A stretch of DNA of 63,687 nucleotides, counting the filler, from Octopus bimaculoides (taxonomy: Eukaryota), in the NCBI RefSeq assembly GCF_001194135.2. It is 6 parts of 6 records of this genome, joined end to end, with 100 filler letters (N's around TTAATTAATTAA, not from the genome) between each part and the next. Parts side by side here need not be neighbours in the genome. Positions count along the whole stretch, not along the records: positions 1 to 26,685 come from NC_068997.1; positions 26,786 to 41,279 come from NC_069002.1; 4 more parts are not named here. One strand, written 5' to 3'. Each line of letters starts with the position of its first letter. The first letter of the stretch is position 1. Under the pieces are notes generated by a model, which saw only the letters and a list, made by a program, of their open reading frames with translations, did not search any database and was not told the origin of the DNA. A program made the translations under genes and the position numbers. This document shows positions 24,101-35,814 of the stretch, in pieces.

Positions 24101-24932
24101 ATAATGTGTTTTTAGAAATATAAATTGGAGTAGATAGAAAAAAATGAAATGGTTGTGGGTAGAATACCTTTTGATCCTAGGTTCACTGGGTTGCAGTTAA
24201 TTAGGGGCTAAACTACAAATCTGAGGAGAACCATAAGATGAAAGTAATGTCATTGCTGTGGAAGAAATAAATATTTACAGCTCTGGGCCATATGCAGTCC
24301 CCCCCCCCCCTGTTTTAATCTGAATGAAGTCGAAACAATATGGTTATCATTAAACAGATTTTAACAAAATCGTGTGTGGGGATGGGGGAAGGAAAGAAAA
24401 TCATTAATTTATAAGACGCAACAAACTGTCGGATTTAACGATTTATTGTCTCAGTGATCTGATATCAACTGCGTTTAATATCAGTCATACATACTGTAGA
24501 TCATCTTCATTGAAGTAAGAAACTGAAATAAATTTATTTCTCAAACGCTTAATAATGCTATAGATAGCGTGATCAGGATAAATTATCCATATAATGCAGA
24601 AAAATATGTTGCCGGCCAACCATGAGACTTCTAAAGCTAAACTTTGTTTACTTTCATCGTAAAGTTGAATTCATTGAAGTAGTTTTGGAACATTTCTCTC
24701 TACTTGCATGCAAAACGGATTCAACATCAGCAGCACAAATTTTTTTATACTCACCAGTGAGTATTTACATTCCTCTGGGAATAGCTCTTTCAAATGCTTA
24801 ATTGCATCAACTTAATTCCAATATTTAATGGCCCCAATTAAATATCCTTCTTGTATCATGATAGATTTTAGAAGTACGAATTAATAAAATATATATGATC
24901 TTTTTTTTTCTTCAAGTCATAGAAGAAATATC

Positions 24933-25210
24933 GTGGCTGTGTGGTAAGACGTTTGCTTAACAACTACATGGTTTTGGGTTCAGTCCCACTGCGTGGCACC
25001 TTGGGCAAGTGTTTCTATAACCTCAGGCTAACCAAAGCCTTGCAAGTGGATTTGGTAGACAGAAAGCTCGTTGTGTGTGTGTGTTCCATCACCGCTTGAC
25101 AACTGGTATTGGTATGTTTACGTAGCCGTAACCTAGCGGTTTGGCAAAGAGACCGTTAGAATAAGTATTGTCTTAAAAAAAAGTCCTGGGATCGATTCAT
25201 TCATCTAGAA
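24933..25210 (+). mobile_element. tRNA-derived SINE family B
   Basis: tggctgtgtggtaag (A-box-like), ggttcagtccc (B-box-like), gcaccttgggcaagtg...ggatttggtagac, internal (GT)n, and a tail shared with 26317-26660. Confidence 0.8.
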
Positions 25211-25244
25211 ATTATATGCACGCACGCACGCGCACACACACAAC

Positions 25245-25400
25245 GAGCTTCTCTTTCCGTCTGCTAAATCCACTCACAAGGCTTTGGTCGGCCCAAAGCT
25301 ATAGTAGAAGACACTTGCCCATGGTGCCACGCAGTAGGACTGAACCAAGAACCATGTGTTTGGTAAGCAAGCTACTTAGCACACAGCCACTCCCGCGCCT
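25245..25400 (-). mobile_element. tRNA-derived SINE family B, 5' half, inverted relative to 24933
   Basis: Reverse complement reads aggcgcgggagtggctgtgtgctaagtagcttgc...gactgaacc...gctcgttgtgtg. Confidence 0.8.
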
Positions 25401-26316
25401 ATGTTTACAATCGTTTCATCATTATCTAATGTAAGCAATTTTGTGTCGTTGTAATAACGTCGGCAACCATTTCTATGTGCTGCGTAGGATTTCTTCGAAA
25501 AATATAATAAGCTGATTGATTCTACTATAACGCAGACACACTCTTAGAAATTCCAAATTGGTTGGGTCTAAGTAGTCACTTTTATGGAAAGAAATACAGG
25601 AAACCAGATTTATAACGGAGGAGTCGTCAATACATTATGACAAGATAATTAGCTTCGTTCCCAGTTGACAATTTTGCCTATCCCTAAAAGAAAGAATATC
25701 CCGCTGTGCCGCCTGCTATGAATAAAGATATCCTAGTCCTGGTAGTCTAGAATCTGACTGCCGTCACCGTTCGTCTTACTTAAGCATCAGACTTTCAAAC
25801 TATATTTAAAATAGCACACTTTTTTTTTATATATTGAGCCCGATAACATAGAAAAATTCGTCCAATGAACCAAATTACCAGCACCATTTAGGCAACTTTT
25901 TATACACATACAGAAAAATAAACCCGATTCTCTCTTTCTCTCTCTCACATACATACATGCTGAAGGTCACTCCACCGATAACTTACTGCAATTTGGAATG
26001 TATCTATTTGTGAGATGATGACGTGTGTGTGTGTGGGGGNNNNNNNNNNGGGGGGGGAATTAAGATAAACTCAAGTACTTCTGCTTATCTTAATTTCATC
26101 CTTTCATGTGTTCCGTATATCATAACTAGTAACATTACTAAGTACAGTCGTAGACTAATAACACTAGAAGCTGACTGGATAATAATAATAATAATCTATG
26201 TGGGACTTTAACATCAGTAGTTACACATCTAACTGTCCACACAAGCAATACGTATGTATATTTATCCACATATTATGTATGTGTGTGTATATGCGCATAT
26301 ATATATATATACGCAC

Positions 26317-26660
26317 ATAGGCGCAGGAATGGCTGTGTGGTAAGTGGTTTGCTTACCAACCACATTGTTCTGGGTTCAGTCCCATTGCGTGGCACTATAG
26401 CCTCGGGCCGGCCAAAGCCTTGTGAGTGGATTTGGTAGACGGAAACTGAAAGAAGCCCGTCATATATGTGTGTGTGTGTGTGTTTGTCCCCCCCCCCCAA
26501 AACTATCGCTTGACAACCGATGCTGGTGCGCTTATGTCTCCGTAAAAAGAGACCGATAGAATAAGTACTAGACTTAAAAAGAATAAGTCCTGGGGTCGAT
26601 TTGCTCGACTAAAGGCGGTGCTTCAGCATGGCTGCGTCAAATGACTGAAACAAAAGAATA
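26317..26660 (+). mobile_element. tRNA-derived SINE family B, near full length
   Basis: GGCGCAGGAATGGCTGTGTGGTAAG...GGGTTCAGTCCC...internal (GT)n...GGGGTCGATTTGCTCGACTAAAGGCGGTG...AAATGACTGAAAC. More than 10 homologous fragments in the window. Confidence 0.85.
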
Positions 26661-26729
26661 TGCATATATATATATATATATATATNNNNNNNNNNNNNNN
26701 NNNNNNNNNNNNNNNNNNNNNNNNNNNNN

Positions 26730-26741
26730 TTAATTAATTAA
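26730..26741. other. Assembly gap spacer TTAATTAATTAA (also at 41324, 51967, 58121, 61817)
   Basis: Identical 12-mer centred in N44-12-N44 (100-nt) blocks; it has stops in all frames. Technical, not biological. Confidence 0.95.
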
Positions 26742-26878
26742 NNNNNNNNNNNNNNNNNNNNNNNNNNNNNNNNNNNNNNNNNNNNGTGTGTGTAATATAG
26801 AGCAGCGAAAAATATACACAGCACCAACAAAAGAAGTTGCGAAAAATTCTGCCCATCAGAAGCGAAATAATAGTTGTG

Positions 26879-27740
26879 TGATCTTTCTGATTTGGCGGAC
26901 GCCACTTGTTTTCTTAACGAAACACTTTCAAATTTGGGACACTGGTAAAATGTGTCATATAAAACATCTTTTACTTTTAGTGTTATTGAGAAAATTTTAT
27001 CTTTTTAAAGTTATTTCGTGTTAAAATTGTCGTACTTCGGTAATTTCAACCAATCACTGATGTCTATTGAGCTTAAAACACTTATTGCTGTGAATAGTCA
27101 ACAAAACGTTGTGCGGTGTAATGGGATCTTTTCCCTTGAATAAAATTAATGCTGTTGTTTGCTAACAACAACTATTGGCGGTACTGTTATTTATGACATC
27201 GTTCCTGCGTTTGTACTGGTTTTAGCTTTAGGGTTTTAGGGTTAGGGTTCGGGTTAGGGTTAGGGTTAGGGTTTTGAGTATTTTTGCCAAATATGGTGAA
27301 AATCTGTTCAATACACCGCCACAAATTTTTCACCAAATTTGGCAAAAATACTCATAACCCTATCCCGAATCCTAACCCTAAAACCCTAAAGCTAAAACCA
27401 GTACAAACGCACGAACGATGTCATAAATAACAGTACCGCCAATAGTTGTTGTTGACAAACAACGGCACTAATTTTATTCAAGGGAAAAGATCCCATTACA
27501 CCGCACAACGTTCTGTTGACAATCCACAGCAGTAATTGTTTTCACCTCAATAGACGTCAGTGATTTGTTGAAATTACCGAAATACGACAACTTTTAACAT
27601 GAAATAACTTGGAATATAAAATTTTTTTCTCCGTTCTATAAGAAAAATATACAAGTATACGAAGTTTTAAAATGTTTCGGTAGAAAACACATTAAATAAA
27701 ACATAAATAAAAAATTGTGCCCGCAAAATCAGAAAGATCC
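26879..27740. mobile_element. Foldback/MITE-like DNA element with ~430-bp arms, TTAGGG tracts and 8-bp TSD
   Basis: TAGTTGTG occurs at 26871-26878 and at 27741-27748. Termini TGATCTTTCTGATTTGGCGG / CCGCAAAATCAGAAAGATCC. Inner arms ~27040-27303 and 27325-27610 are near-perfect reverse complements around a ~21-nt loop. Confidence 0.9.
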
Positions 27741-27969
27741 TAGTTGTGCACCGAGTTGCAAACACTTCATTGGCAGCTGTTACTGTTGGAAATGATCATT
27801 GAGTGAATGGCCCGCTGACAACTTGTGGTCGACGACGCCATAGTTCAGCAATTTCCATATAAAATATATTTAAAAATATTAAATGTGACCCAAAATAAAA
27901 GGGAAAGTCTCACACCTTCTTCCCCATTATCTCACCTCGTTCTCCAAGCCTCTCTCACTAATTCCTTTC

Positions 27970-28190
27970 TAAGAATTGGTTTCAAAGTTTGGCAGAAGGC
28001 CAGTAATTTCAGGGGAAGGGCTAAGGTGGTTACATCGACCCCCAATGCACAACTGGTACTTATTTTATCAACTCCGAAAGGATAAAAGGAAAGGTCAACC
28101 TCGGCAGTATTTGAACTCGGAAACGTCAAGCCAAAACAAGCATTTTTCCGGCCCGGTAACAATTCTGTTAAATTACTGCGTTATATTCTT
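27970..28190 (-). mobile_element. SINE family A
   Basis: Homologous to 8693-8912. Confidence 0.7.
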
Positions 28191-29424
28191 CCAACTATTA
28201 GAAATAGTATTGATACATATCTGATCGATTCCTGAGTGAGGAAAAAAATCAAAGCTGAACCATAATCCATTAAACAGCATAAATAACATTATAAACTAAT
28301 CATATAATTAAGATCTGAAACTGCTCTTAAAGTGTTCTACATTCTACTGTTGTGCTTGAAAAGGTCGGTCGGTATACTTTTACTGTCTAACTGTTGGTTT
28401 TCAAGTTCAAATCTTGCCATTGACCTTCCTTCACTCCAGCCCGTGCTGTATATCTTTTGTAACATAGTTTTTACATCATAGATCAGCATGACAGAAACAA
28501 TGGATTGCTCCAATCAATACTTCCATTCTCCTTCTGATTTTGATTCGATTTCACTCGCCTTTTATAATTCTTGGATATTAACAAGTTTTGTGGTTATATA
28601 GCAACCAGTATTTTTTACCACAGGGACATTCATAAAAAAGTTAAGACAGATATTAAAAGATAGAAAAAACCCCTCTTTTAAGGCGACCAGCTGACTGAAT
28701 CGTTGACACATCAGATAAAATCAATATCGAACATGAATTAATATCGAATGCATTGTATAGAGATGCAGCACACAGTGAGAAGTAAATGTAGGAAAACAGC
28801 CATGATTGCACTCCGACCGATTCTGGTTCACCTGTCACTGGTGTGGCAAGCAATAATACCGGGAGATATATCAACTAACTTTATGCGGAATCTAGGAGAT
28901 AATTCCGTTTATATTGGAGTTTGCTGTGTGATTCTCAAACAGTAAGAAGAATGGACTCCCAAAAGTATTGGATGTGTGGACCATGCCAAGTTTAACGACT
29001 CTCTAACTCGTCCTCCAACACTGACTGGGGTTTCGTGATAACAACAATAACTCGCCAATTTCATAGTCCTGGAATTTCTCTGAGGATCCTTTCCAATATT
29101 AACAGTACAGAAAAATGTCTGTTTCTTTTTCTTGAACCCTATCATACACGGTAATCAGGGTTGATGGCTCGTGTTGGTCGACTACATGTCCCATGGTCAT
29201 GGCAGATGAGGAAGTATCTCACAGAGATGGAGACTGGGACTCTACTCAATGAATCTCCCAGCAGGGCCTGGGAGTATACCGTCAAATGACGAATGAAGCA
29301 ACGGGTTGAAACTGCGCATGGTCTCCACATCTAACCTGACTTAGGACTCATAAGGCCGGCTACCCTTACAGGTGACTGAGATCAGAACATTCTCTGCAAA
29401 AACGCTGCAGCGTCCAAGGTCAGC

Positions 29425-29590
29425 AGTTTTGAGGGGAGGGGCCAGCTGACTGGTATTTTAATTTATCAAGCCCGAAGGGAGGAAAAACAAGTTGCCTTCA
29501 GCTGGAGTTGATTTCAGAGAGTAAAGAACCGGAAGAAAAATCATTAAGCAATTTGCCCGTTGTGCTAATGACTCAGCCAGCTGGCCGCTT
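29425..29590 (-). mobile_element. SINE family A, decayed
   Basis: tttatcaagcccgaaggga...ttaagcaatttgcccgttgtgctaatgactcagccagctggccgc matches the family A head. Confidence 0.6.
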
Positions 29591-30051
29591 TAGAGAAGTG
29601 ATGTTCTTGTTTCCAAAAAGTTAAAATTTATTTCTGTTATCAAAGAAGACACTGAAAAATGAATGAGAGAGGTGTTTTATTTCTCAGATTTTAATACTTA
29701 TCTTAACTTCTTTGTGAAAATCACTGTAGAGAAAATATTGGTTATTAGATAACCACAAGAGTGTTGTTTGTTAATAATCAAGAATTATAAAAGACGAAAT
29801 CGATTCTACTGGAAGTGAATCAAAATTAGAAAGATACACAGCCAAAACAATGGAAGCATTGACTGGGACAATCCATTGTTTCTAGCACGCTGATTTACTG
29901 TGTAAAAACCATGTTCCAAATATATACAGGATGAGATGGAATCGACGAAAGTCAATAACAAGTATTGAACCTGAAACCAAAGAGTTAAACACTAAATATA
30001 TAAAATATTCCAACCGACATTTATTCATGCGACAATTCTATTTCGAATTTT

Positions 30052-30250
30052 CTATAAGCTGTTCGTGTTTTTCAGTGTTGAACGGGGTGGACGGGTTTGG
30101 AATAGAATTTGTTCTGCGGTTGCTGTTGATATGACTAGATGCTTGCTGGTGGCTTGAGCACGCAATAGCGGGGATTGCATGGTTTGAGGCTTACTGCGAC
30201 AGATATCTATGCATTTTGTACATGAAATTGATGCATCATATTCAGCTGCC
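30052..30250 (-). CDS. Candidate exon of an unidentified minus-strand gene
   Basis: cctttaacctgaaacag|G GCA GCT...TTA TAG, the only open frame: AAEYDASISCTKCIDICRSKPQTMQSPLLRAQ...NSL*. An internal donor CGC A|gtaagc at 30194 is an alternative end. No homolog recognised. Confidence 0.3.
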
Positions 30251-30423
30251 CTGTTTCAGGTTAAAGGTGATCTGTAGGTGTTCAGTTCTTGTGAAGAGAA
30301 TCGGAGTGCAGTGGGCGACCATCGCTATTTGCATATTAGTTTTACTCATTCCTTTTCGAGCCAAATATAAAACTTTTAAATGCTTTTTATTTGATTAATT
30401 ATCTTCTGCGTGGTGGGTCTACG

Positions 30424-30465
<42 letters not shown>

Positions 30466-30993
30466 GGGCAAATGTCTCCTACTATAGCCTCGAACCAACC
30501 AATAACTTGTGAGTGAATTTGGTGGATGGAAACTGTGTAGAAGCCCGTCACATATATTCATATATGNNNNNNNNNNNNNNNNNNNNNNNNNNNNNNNNNN
30601 NNNNNNNNNNNNNNNNNNNNNNNNNNNNNNNNNNNNNNNNNNNNNNNNNNNNNNNNNNNNNNNNNNNNNNNNNNNNNNNNNNNNNNNNNNNNNNNNNNNN
30701 NNNNNNNNNNNNNNNNNNNNNNNNNNNNNNNNNNNNNNNNNNNNNNNNNNNNNNNNNNNNNNNNNNNNNNNNNNNNNNNNNNNNNNNNNNNNNNNNNNNN
30801 NNNNNNNNNNNNNNNNNNNNNNNNNNNNNNNNNNNNNNNNNNNNNNNNNNNNNNNNNNNNNNNNNNATGCATGATCGACTGCTGGTCTTCGATAAACAAC
30901 CTTGCCCGGACTTGTGCCTGGGAGGGTAACTTTCTAGGTGCAATCCCATGGTCAGTCACGACCGATGGGGCTCTCAGCATATGTGTGTGTGTG

Positions 30994-31040
<47 letters not shown>

Positions 31041-32801
31041 ATACGTGTGTGTGCATGTGTTTGATTTGGGACACACCACAGTTTGAGAATTGATCTTGTT
31101 TTATTTACGTCTGAGTAACCTGGAGTTTCGACACAAGTCATCAATTGAATAAGTACAAAAATGTACTGGAGTGGATCTGTTCGACTACACCCTGGAAAGC
31201 GGTGCCTCAACATGTCCACAATTTGAGGAACACAAGTAAGAGATAAAAAAAAATAGTATTCCTCGCTCAGTGCTGAACATTTATATCGTTGTAGACATGG
31301 TTGGCAACACCTAATGCTTTCTGGTGACTCCGAATAACAAAAGGAGATGTGGTTTTGTTAGGCTCGACACTCAGAGTTCACCCATTTTATTAATTTGGAA
31401 CGAAAAATCCAGGCGTGGCTTTGCTTCCAAACCAGATGCTTCCGTGTTCCAGCTTCAGTTCCACTGTGTGACACCTTGGACAATTTTTTTCAAATAAAAC
31501 TCGAGTCGATCAAAGCTTTGTGCGTGGACTTAGAAACTGAAAGAAGTCCATCGTGTATATATATATATATATNNNNNNNNNNNNNNNNNNNNNNNNNNNN
31601 NNNNNNNNNNNNNNNNNNNNNNNNNNNNNNNNNNNNNNNNNNNNNNNNNNNNNNNNNNNNNNNNNNNNNNNNNNNNNNNNNNNNNNNNNNNNNNNNNNNN
31701 NNNNNNNNNNNNNNNNNNNNNNNNNNNNNNNNNNNNNNNNNNNNNNNNNNNNNNNNNNNNNNNNNNNNNNNNNNNNNNNNNNNNNNNNNNNNNNNNNNNN
31801 NNNNNNNNNNNNNNNNNNNNNNNNNNNNNNNNNNNNNNNNNNNNNNNNNNNNNNNNNNNNNNNNNNNNNNNNNNNNNNNNNNNNNNNNNNNNNNNNNNNN
31901 NNNNNNNNNNNNNNNNNNNNNNNNNNNNNNNNNNNNNNNNNNNNNNNNNNNNNNNNNNNNNNNNNNNNNNNNNNNNNNNNNNNNNNNNNNNNNNNNNNNN
32001 NNNNNNNNNNNNNNNNNNNNNNNNNNNNNNNNNNNNNNNNNNNNNNNNNNNNNNNNNNNNNNNNNNNNNNNNNNNNNNNNNNNNNNATATATATATATAT
32101 ATATATATACACATACATGCATATATATATGTTTGTGTGTCGTTAGGTCTCTGTCAGTCCTCTATTGCCGCTGTCTGGGCTGTTTGGACTGTCTGGACTG
32201 TCCACTGTCTGGACTGTTTAAGTATCCGTAACTTTGCGGTTCAGCATAAAAGACCGATATGTATATGCCAGTCTATTCATTCGACTAAATGCTTATCAAG
32301 GCGGTGCTGCAGTATGGCCGCAGTCTCCTAACTGGAACAAGTAAAGGTTAACAGGTAAACGACCAGTTTTTGAAAATGGAGAAGAAACTGTCAAGCGTAA
32401 CCTCTCCTTATATAGTAACAGTCTCAGGTTTCGAGATTCATTCTTTAAATACAAATCTAAGATAACTAAACGGAAAACCCACCAAAAGAGCTAAACAACA
32501 TGAATGAACGTTGCAGCAGTGAAAACATAGAAATACATGGAAACACGGAATATAACAGACGACAGGCAGAAACAATGGGACATAAAACTGCAATCATTTC
32601 TAATGAAATAAAGGAATGTGTTCTTGGATATGTTATTAATTTTGTCTTTTTTTTTATATATATATAATGGAAGAGAAATGTACGATCCGTTTCCATGGTG
32701 ATAAACTTTGAACAAAAAATATTAAATATTTAATGAAACAAAGTTCATAAATCACTTTCTCTATGTGAGTGTGTGTGTGTTTGTGTATGTGTGTGTGTTA
32801 C

Positions 32802-32855
<54 letters not shown>

Positions 32856-33486
32856 CATACACATATACGTATATGTATGTATATACGTACGTATCTATGC
32901 GCAATCGCAGAGAGACAAACACACATGCATATATATATATATATACATATACATATATGCATTTATATGTGTGTGTGAATAGATGCATACATACATACAT
33001 ACATACACAGGTTCAGTTTTTTTATTCGCTGGAAGTAATTGAATATTGTTTGTGTAATTATTTCGAATTTTAATTGTCACTTGTCATTACCAAAAATGAA
33101 ATGAACCAAATATTATGAATAATAAAATTGATGAACAAATATAAACGAGAAATAACCAAAGAGAAATTGAGAATACAGAATATATTAAAAATAAATGGAT
33201 AGGAATTATGCTATGAAATTACTGGAATGCTGAAAAACCGTTTATATTCCTTTGTCTCTCGTTCTTTTTGAATGATTGCAAATTGTCAAAGATTTAGAAT
33301 TATTCACAGGTAGTTCAGATAAATCAGAAGTTTACAATCATATTTTACCTAAGGACCTCTTTGATTACCATTTTACTTTGACGAACTCTCATAACCATTG
33401 GGTGTTTAAAAACTAGTTTTATAGAAACTTCTTTCAAAATCCGTTTTGGTTTCACACATTTTCTTGTGTTGACTGAACCATGTAAA

Positions 33487-33815
33487 ACGTGGTTCTCAAC
33501 CACTTTTTATATGTAGACCCCTTTGATTACTATTTTATTCTGGTGGACCCCACCACGGCCATTTCATGTTTAAAAACTGGTTTCATAGAAACTTCTTTCA
33601 AAATTCCTATTTTGGTTTTTCAGATGTTAGATTGTGTAAATTGAACCATGAGAGAAAGAAATCTGTTTCTTACAACAAATACTTCAAAAGCAAAATTTTT
33701 CCATCGAGCTTTAGAATACTATTGTGGACCCTAATTTACTAATTTGCTTGCGTGGTACCCTAAAAATCTTATATGGACACCCTGGAATTATATGAACCCC
33801 GGTTGAAAAGTACTG
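33487..33815. mobile_element. hAT-type MITE preceded by a partial tandem copy (33350-33482)
   Basis: Ends GTGGTTCTCAACC...GGTTGAAAAGTACTG. Internal ggaccc motifs as in 1443-1794. 33350-33482 repeats 33520-33650. Confidence 0.6.
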
Positions 33816-33868
33816 AGATAAATACAGCTAAAGGTTTGGATTGACTTTTCGAGAAATAGTCTTATATA

Positions 33869-34714
33869 TTGGGTCATTTCATAAATAATGCTGTTTTTTT
33901 TTTTCAATTGCATGAACTAAATTCGGAGGGGGACGGAATAAACTACCTGCATCAACTTGCTATAAAAGCAGGTATTAATTTTACCGTGTCCCTATTCTAA
34001 TTTGATGTTCTGAAAAGTCCAGTTCAATTTTAACAGTTATTTTTTCAAAGCTTTAATGGAAGTGACAAAGGAGCATATGCAGTAAAGGCAACAACGCAAC
34101 GAAAAGTGTGAGGAGTATTAATGCAGCCTATGGGGATTGGACAAGCGTAAACTAGTGTCAACGGTGGTTCCAGAAATTCCGAACCGGAAACTACAACCTA
34201 GAAGACGAACCTCGTCCTGGAAGATCTGTAGACCTTGACGAGGAAGCCCTGCAAACCCTGGTGGAACAAAATCTCATCATAACTGTTGAGGAACTACCAG
34301 AGAAGCTTGGATTTGGTCGTTCAACCATTCATCGACACCTGCGCTAGAAGAAAATTGACCAACTTTGGTTTCAAGACTGAAGTTGTTCTTCCATCAGGAT
34401 AATGCTCGGCCACACTCAGCAAGGATGACATTCGAAAGGCTGGAGCAGTTTGAATGGGAAACGATGCCCTACCCATTATATTCGCTAGACATTGCCCCAT
34501 CTGATTATAATTTATTCTGCAGTTTTCAAAATCATTTGGACGGAAAAATATGAATTCTGCAGACGAGTTCAGAACAGTAGTGGTGGAGTATTTTTCGTTG
34601 TGGTCAAGTTAAGTTTGGAAGTCTACCAGATAGAGGAAGAGTATTGTAGAAAATGAAGGATAGTATATTTTAGATTAAAAAAGAACTTTGTTTATCTTAA
34701 TTCTGATGACTCAA
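33869..34714 (+). mobile_element. Internally deleted mariner (Tc1/mariner, DD34D-type) transposon
   Basis: TA|TTGGGTCATT...GATGACTCAA|TA gives TIRs and a TA TSD. Frames give WFQKFRTGNYNLEDEPRPGR...TVEELPEKLGFGRSTIHRHL and HQDNARPHS...YSLDIAPSDYNLF. The first catalytic Asp region is deleted. Confidence 0.92.
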
Positions 34715-34818
34715 TATATATATTTATGTAAACTTGAGATTGCTAAAAGGCAAGGCAAAATTCAATACAGTTACCGTAGTGAAAAATTATCTCGTATGGT
34801 GAAAAGGTGTAAAAATAC

Positions 34819-34913
34819 CATCTCTGCTCTGAGTCACCACCTATCGGATTCCCTGGCATCGATGTTTCTAGTTTTTTCGACGTTATCAATGGGAAATACT
34901 GCAGTAAATTCGC
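34819..34913 (-). CDS. Candidate internal exon of an unidentified minus-strand gene
   Basis: tttcaactgctaaaag|GCG...AGA TG|gtattt, 95 nt, phase 0/2: ANLLQYFPLITSKKLETSMPGNPIGGDSEQR. TG plus G joins in frame (Trp) to the 30250 candidate. No homolog recognised. Confidence 0.3.
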
Positions 34914-34994
34914 CTTTTAGCAGTTGAAATATATCACAAAAATATTTTGAATAACCTGGCGTTTGCTTATGCCTAAACACTACCTGGTACTGAA

Positions 34995-35019
<25 letters not shown>

Positions 35020-35025
<6 letters not shown>

Positions 35026-35200
35026 AACCACATGTGAATCGTTGGCGATTTTTTTTCCTCCATCTTCCTTTTCTCTTGGACTTTCCTCTGCCTCCTGTTT
35101 CTGAAGAAGAGCTTTGCTTGAAACGTAAGACTACCTTTCTTTTCTCTGAGCGTCTGCTAATACTTTACGTGTACCACGTCCTTGCATTGTTATTTTTTGT
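35020..35200 (+). mobile_element. Short ORF-less HHR-bearing element (solo pLTR-like)
   Basis: Shares tgtaacca...gttggcgatttt...ttggacttt..cctgttt-HHR with 39050-39225 (minus). Confidence 0.6.
35097..35131 (+). ncRNA. Near-intact minimal type-I hammerhead ribozyme
   Basis: GTTT-CTGAAGA-A-GAGC(TTT)GCTT-GAAA-C|GTA-AGAC. Intact core, 4-bp stem II with one G.U, palindromic ACGT stem III, predicted GUA cleavage after 35127, 4-bp stem I. Confidence 0.7.
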
Positions 35201-35224
35201 GCTTGTTTTTCTTTTTACGGGATT

Positions 35225-35269
<45 letters not shown>

Positions 35270-35757
35270 TGTGTGTGTAAGCGTGTGTGTGTATGGGTGT
35301 GTGTGTGTATGTAAACTTCCCTCGAGGATATCGGCTTTGATTCCTTGATTTAGTTATTTTTCGAGGTATTATATGAATGATACAACTATCATTATAATTA
35401 TCATTACACTCTGGCTTAATAGGGTTTAAAAATCAACGACTATCCCCAGAAGTGAAGAGATTTGTTCTCAGTGCCTGCCTTCTTAAATTGGAAAATATAC
35501 TAGGTTCCTTAAAGAGTCAGATTTGTTGCAAGACAAAATTAAACAAAATTTGCATTTTTTCACATGGAAATTTAAACCAAATTCTATTCGCCAGGGAGAA
35601 TCGATGTTATGGAAATGTTTATATTATCTCTGTAAATAAGTTAGTTATGTATTTCATGATTCTACATTCCATCCTCACTCACTGATTGATAATATATAAG
35701 TGCGAGTGTCGTCTCTCTGTCTGTCTGTCTCTGTCTCTGTGTCTCTGTGTCTCTCTG

Positions 35758-35814
<57 letters not shown>

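Noticed and set aside
26730-26741. Identical TTAATTAATTAA palindrome recurring five times (26730, 41324, 51967, 58121, 61817)
   Set aside because: Always centred in N44-12-N44 blocks; it is an assembler-inserted spacer, not a biological repeat or CRISPR-like array.
27227-27392. Head-to-head TTAGGG/CCCTAA as an ancient chromosome end-to-end fusion site
   Set aside because: The tracts are short and are parts of long inverted arms bounded by an 8-bp TSD, which points to a transposon.
28653-29340. Hydrophobic 73-aa minus ORF and RTE-like + strand words (HGHGR*G, PSRAWEYTVK)
   Set aside because: The ORF has a stop immediately upstream and a weak acceptor; the LINE similarity is too fragmentary to support either call.
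34703-34709. CTGATGA heptamer in the mariner right end
   Set aside because: No downstream stem II or GAAA; it is part of the TIR.
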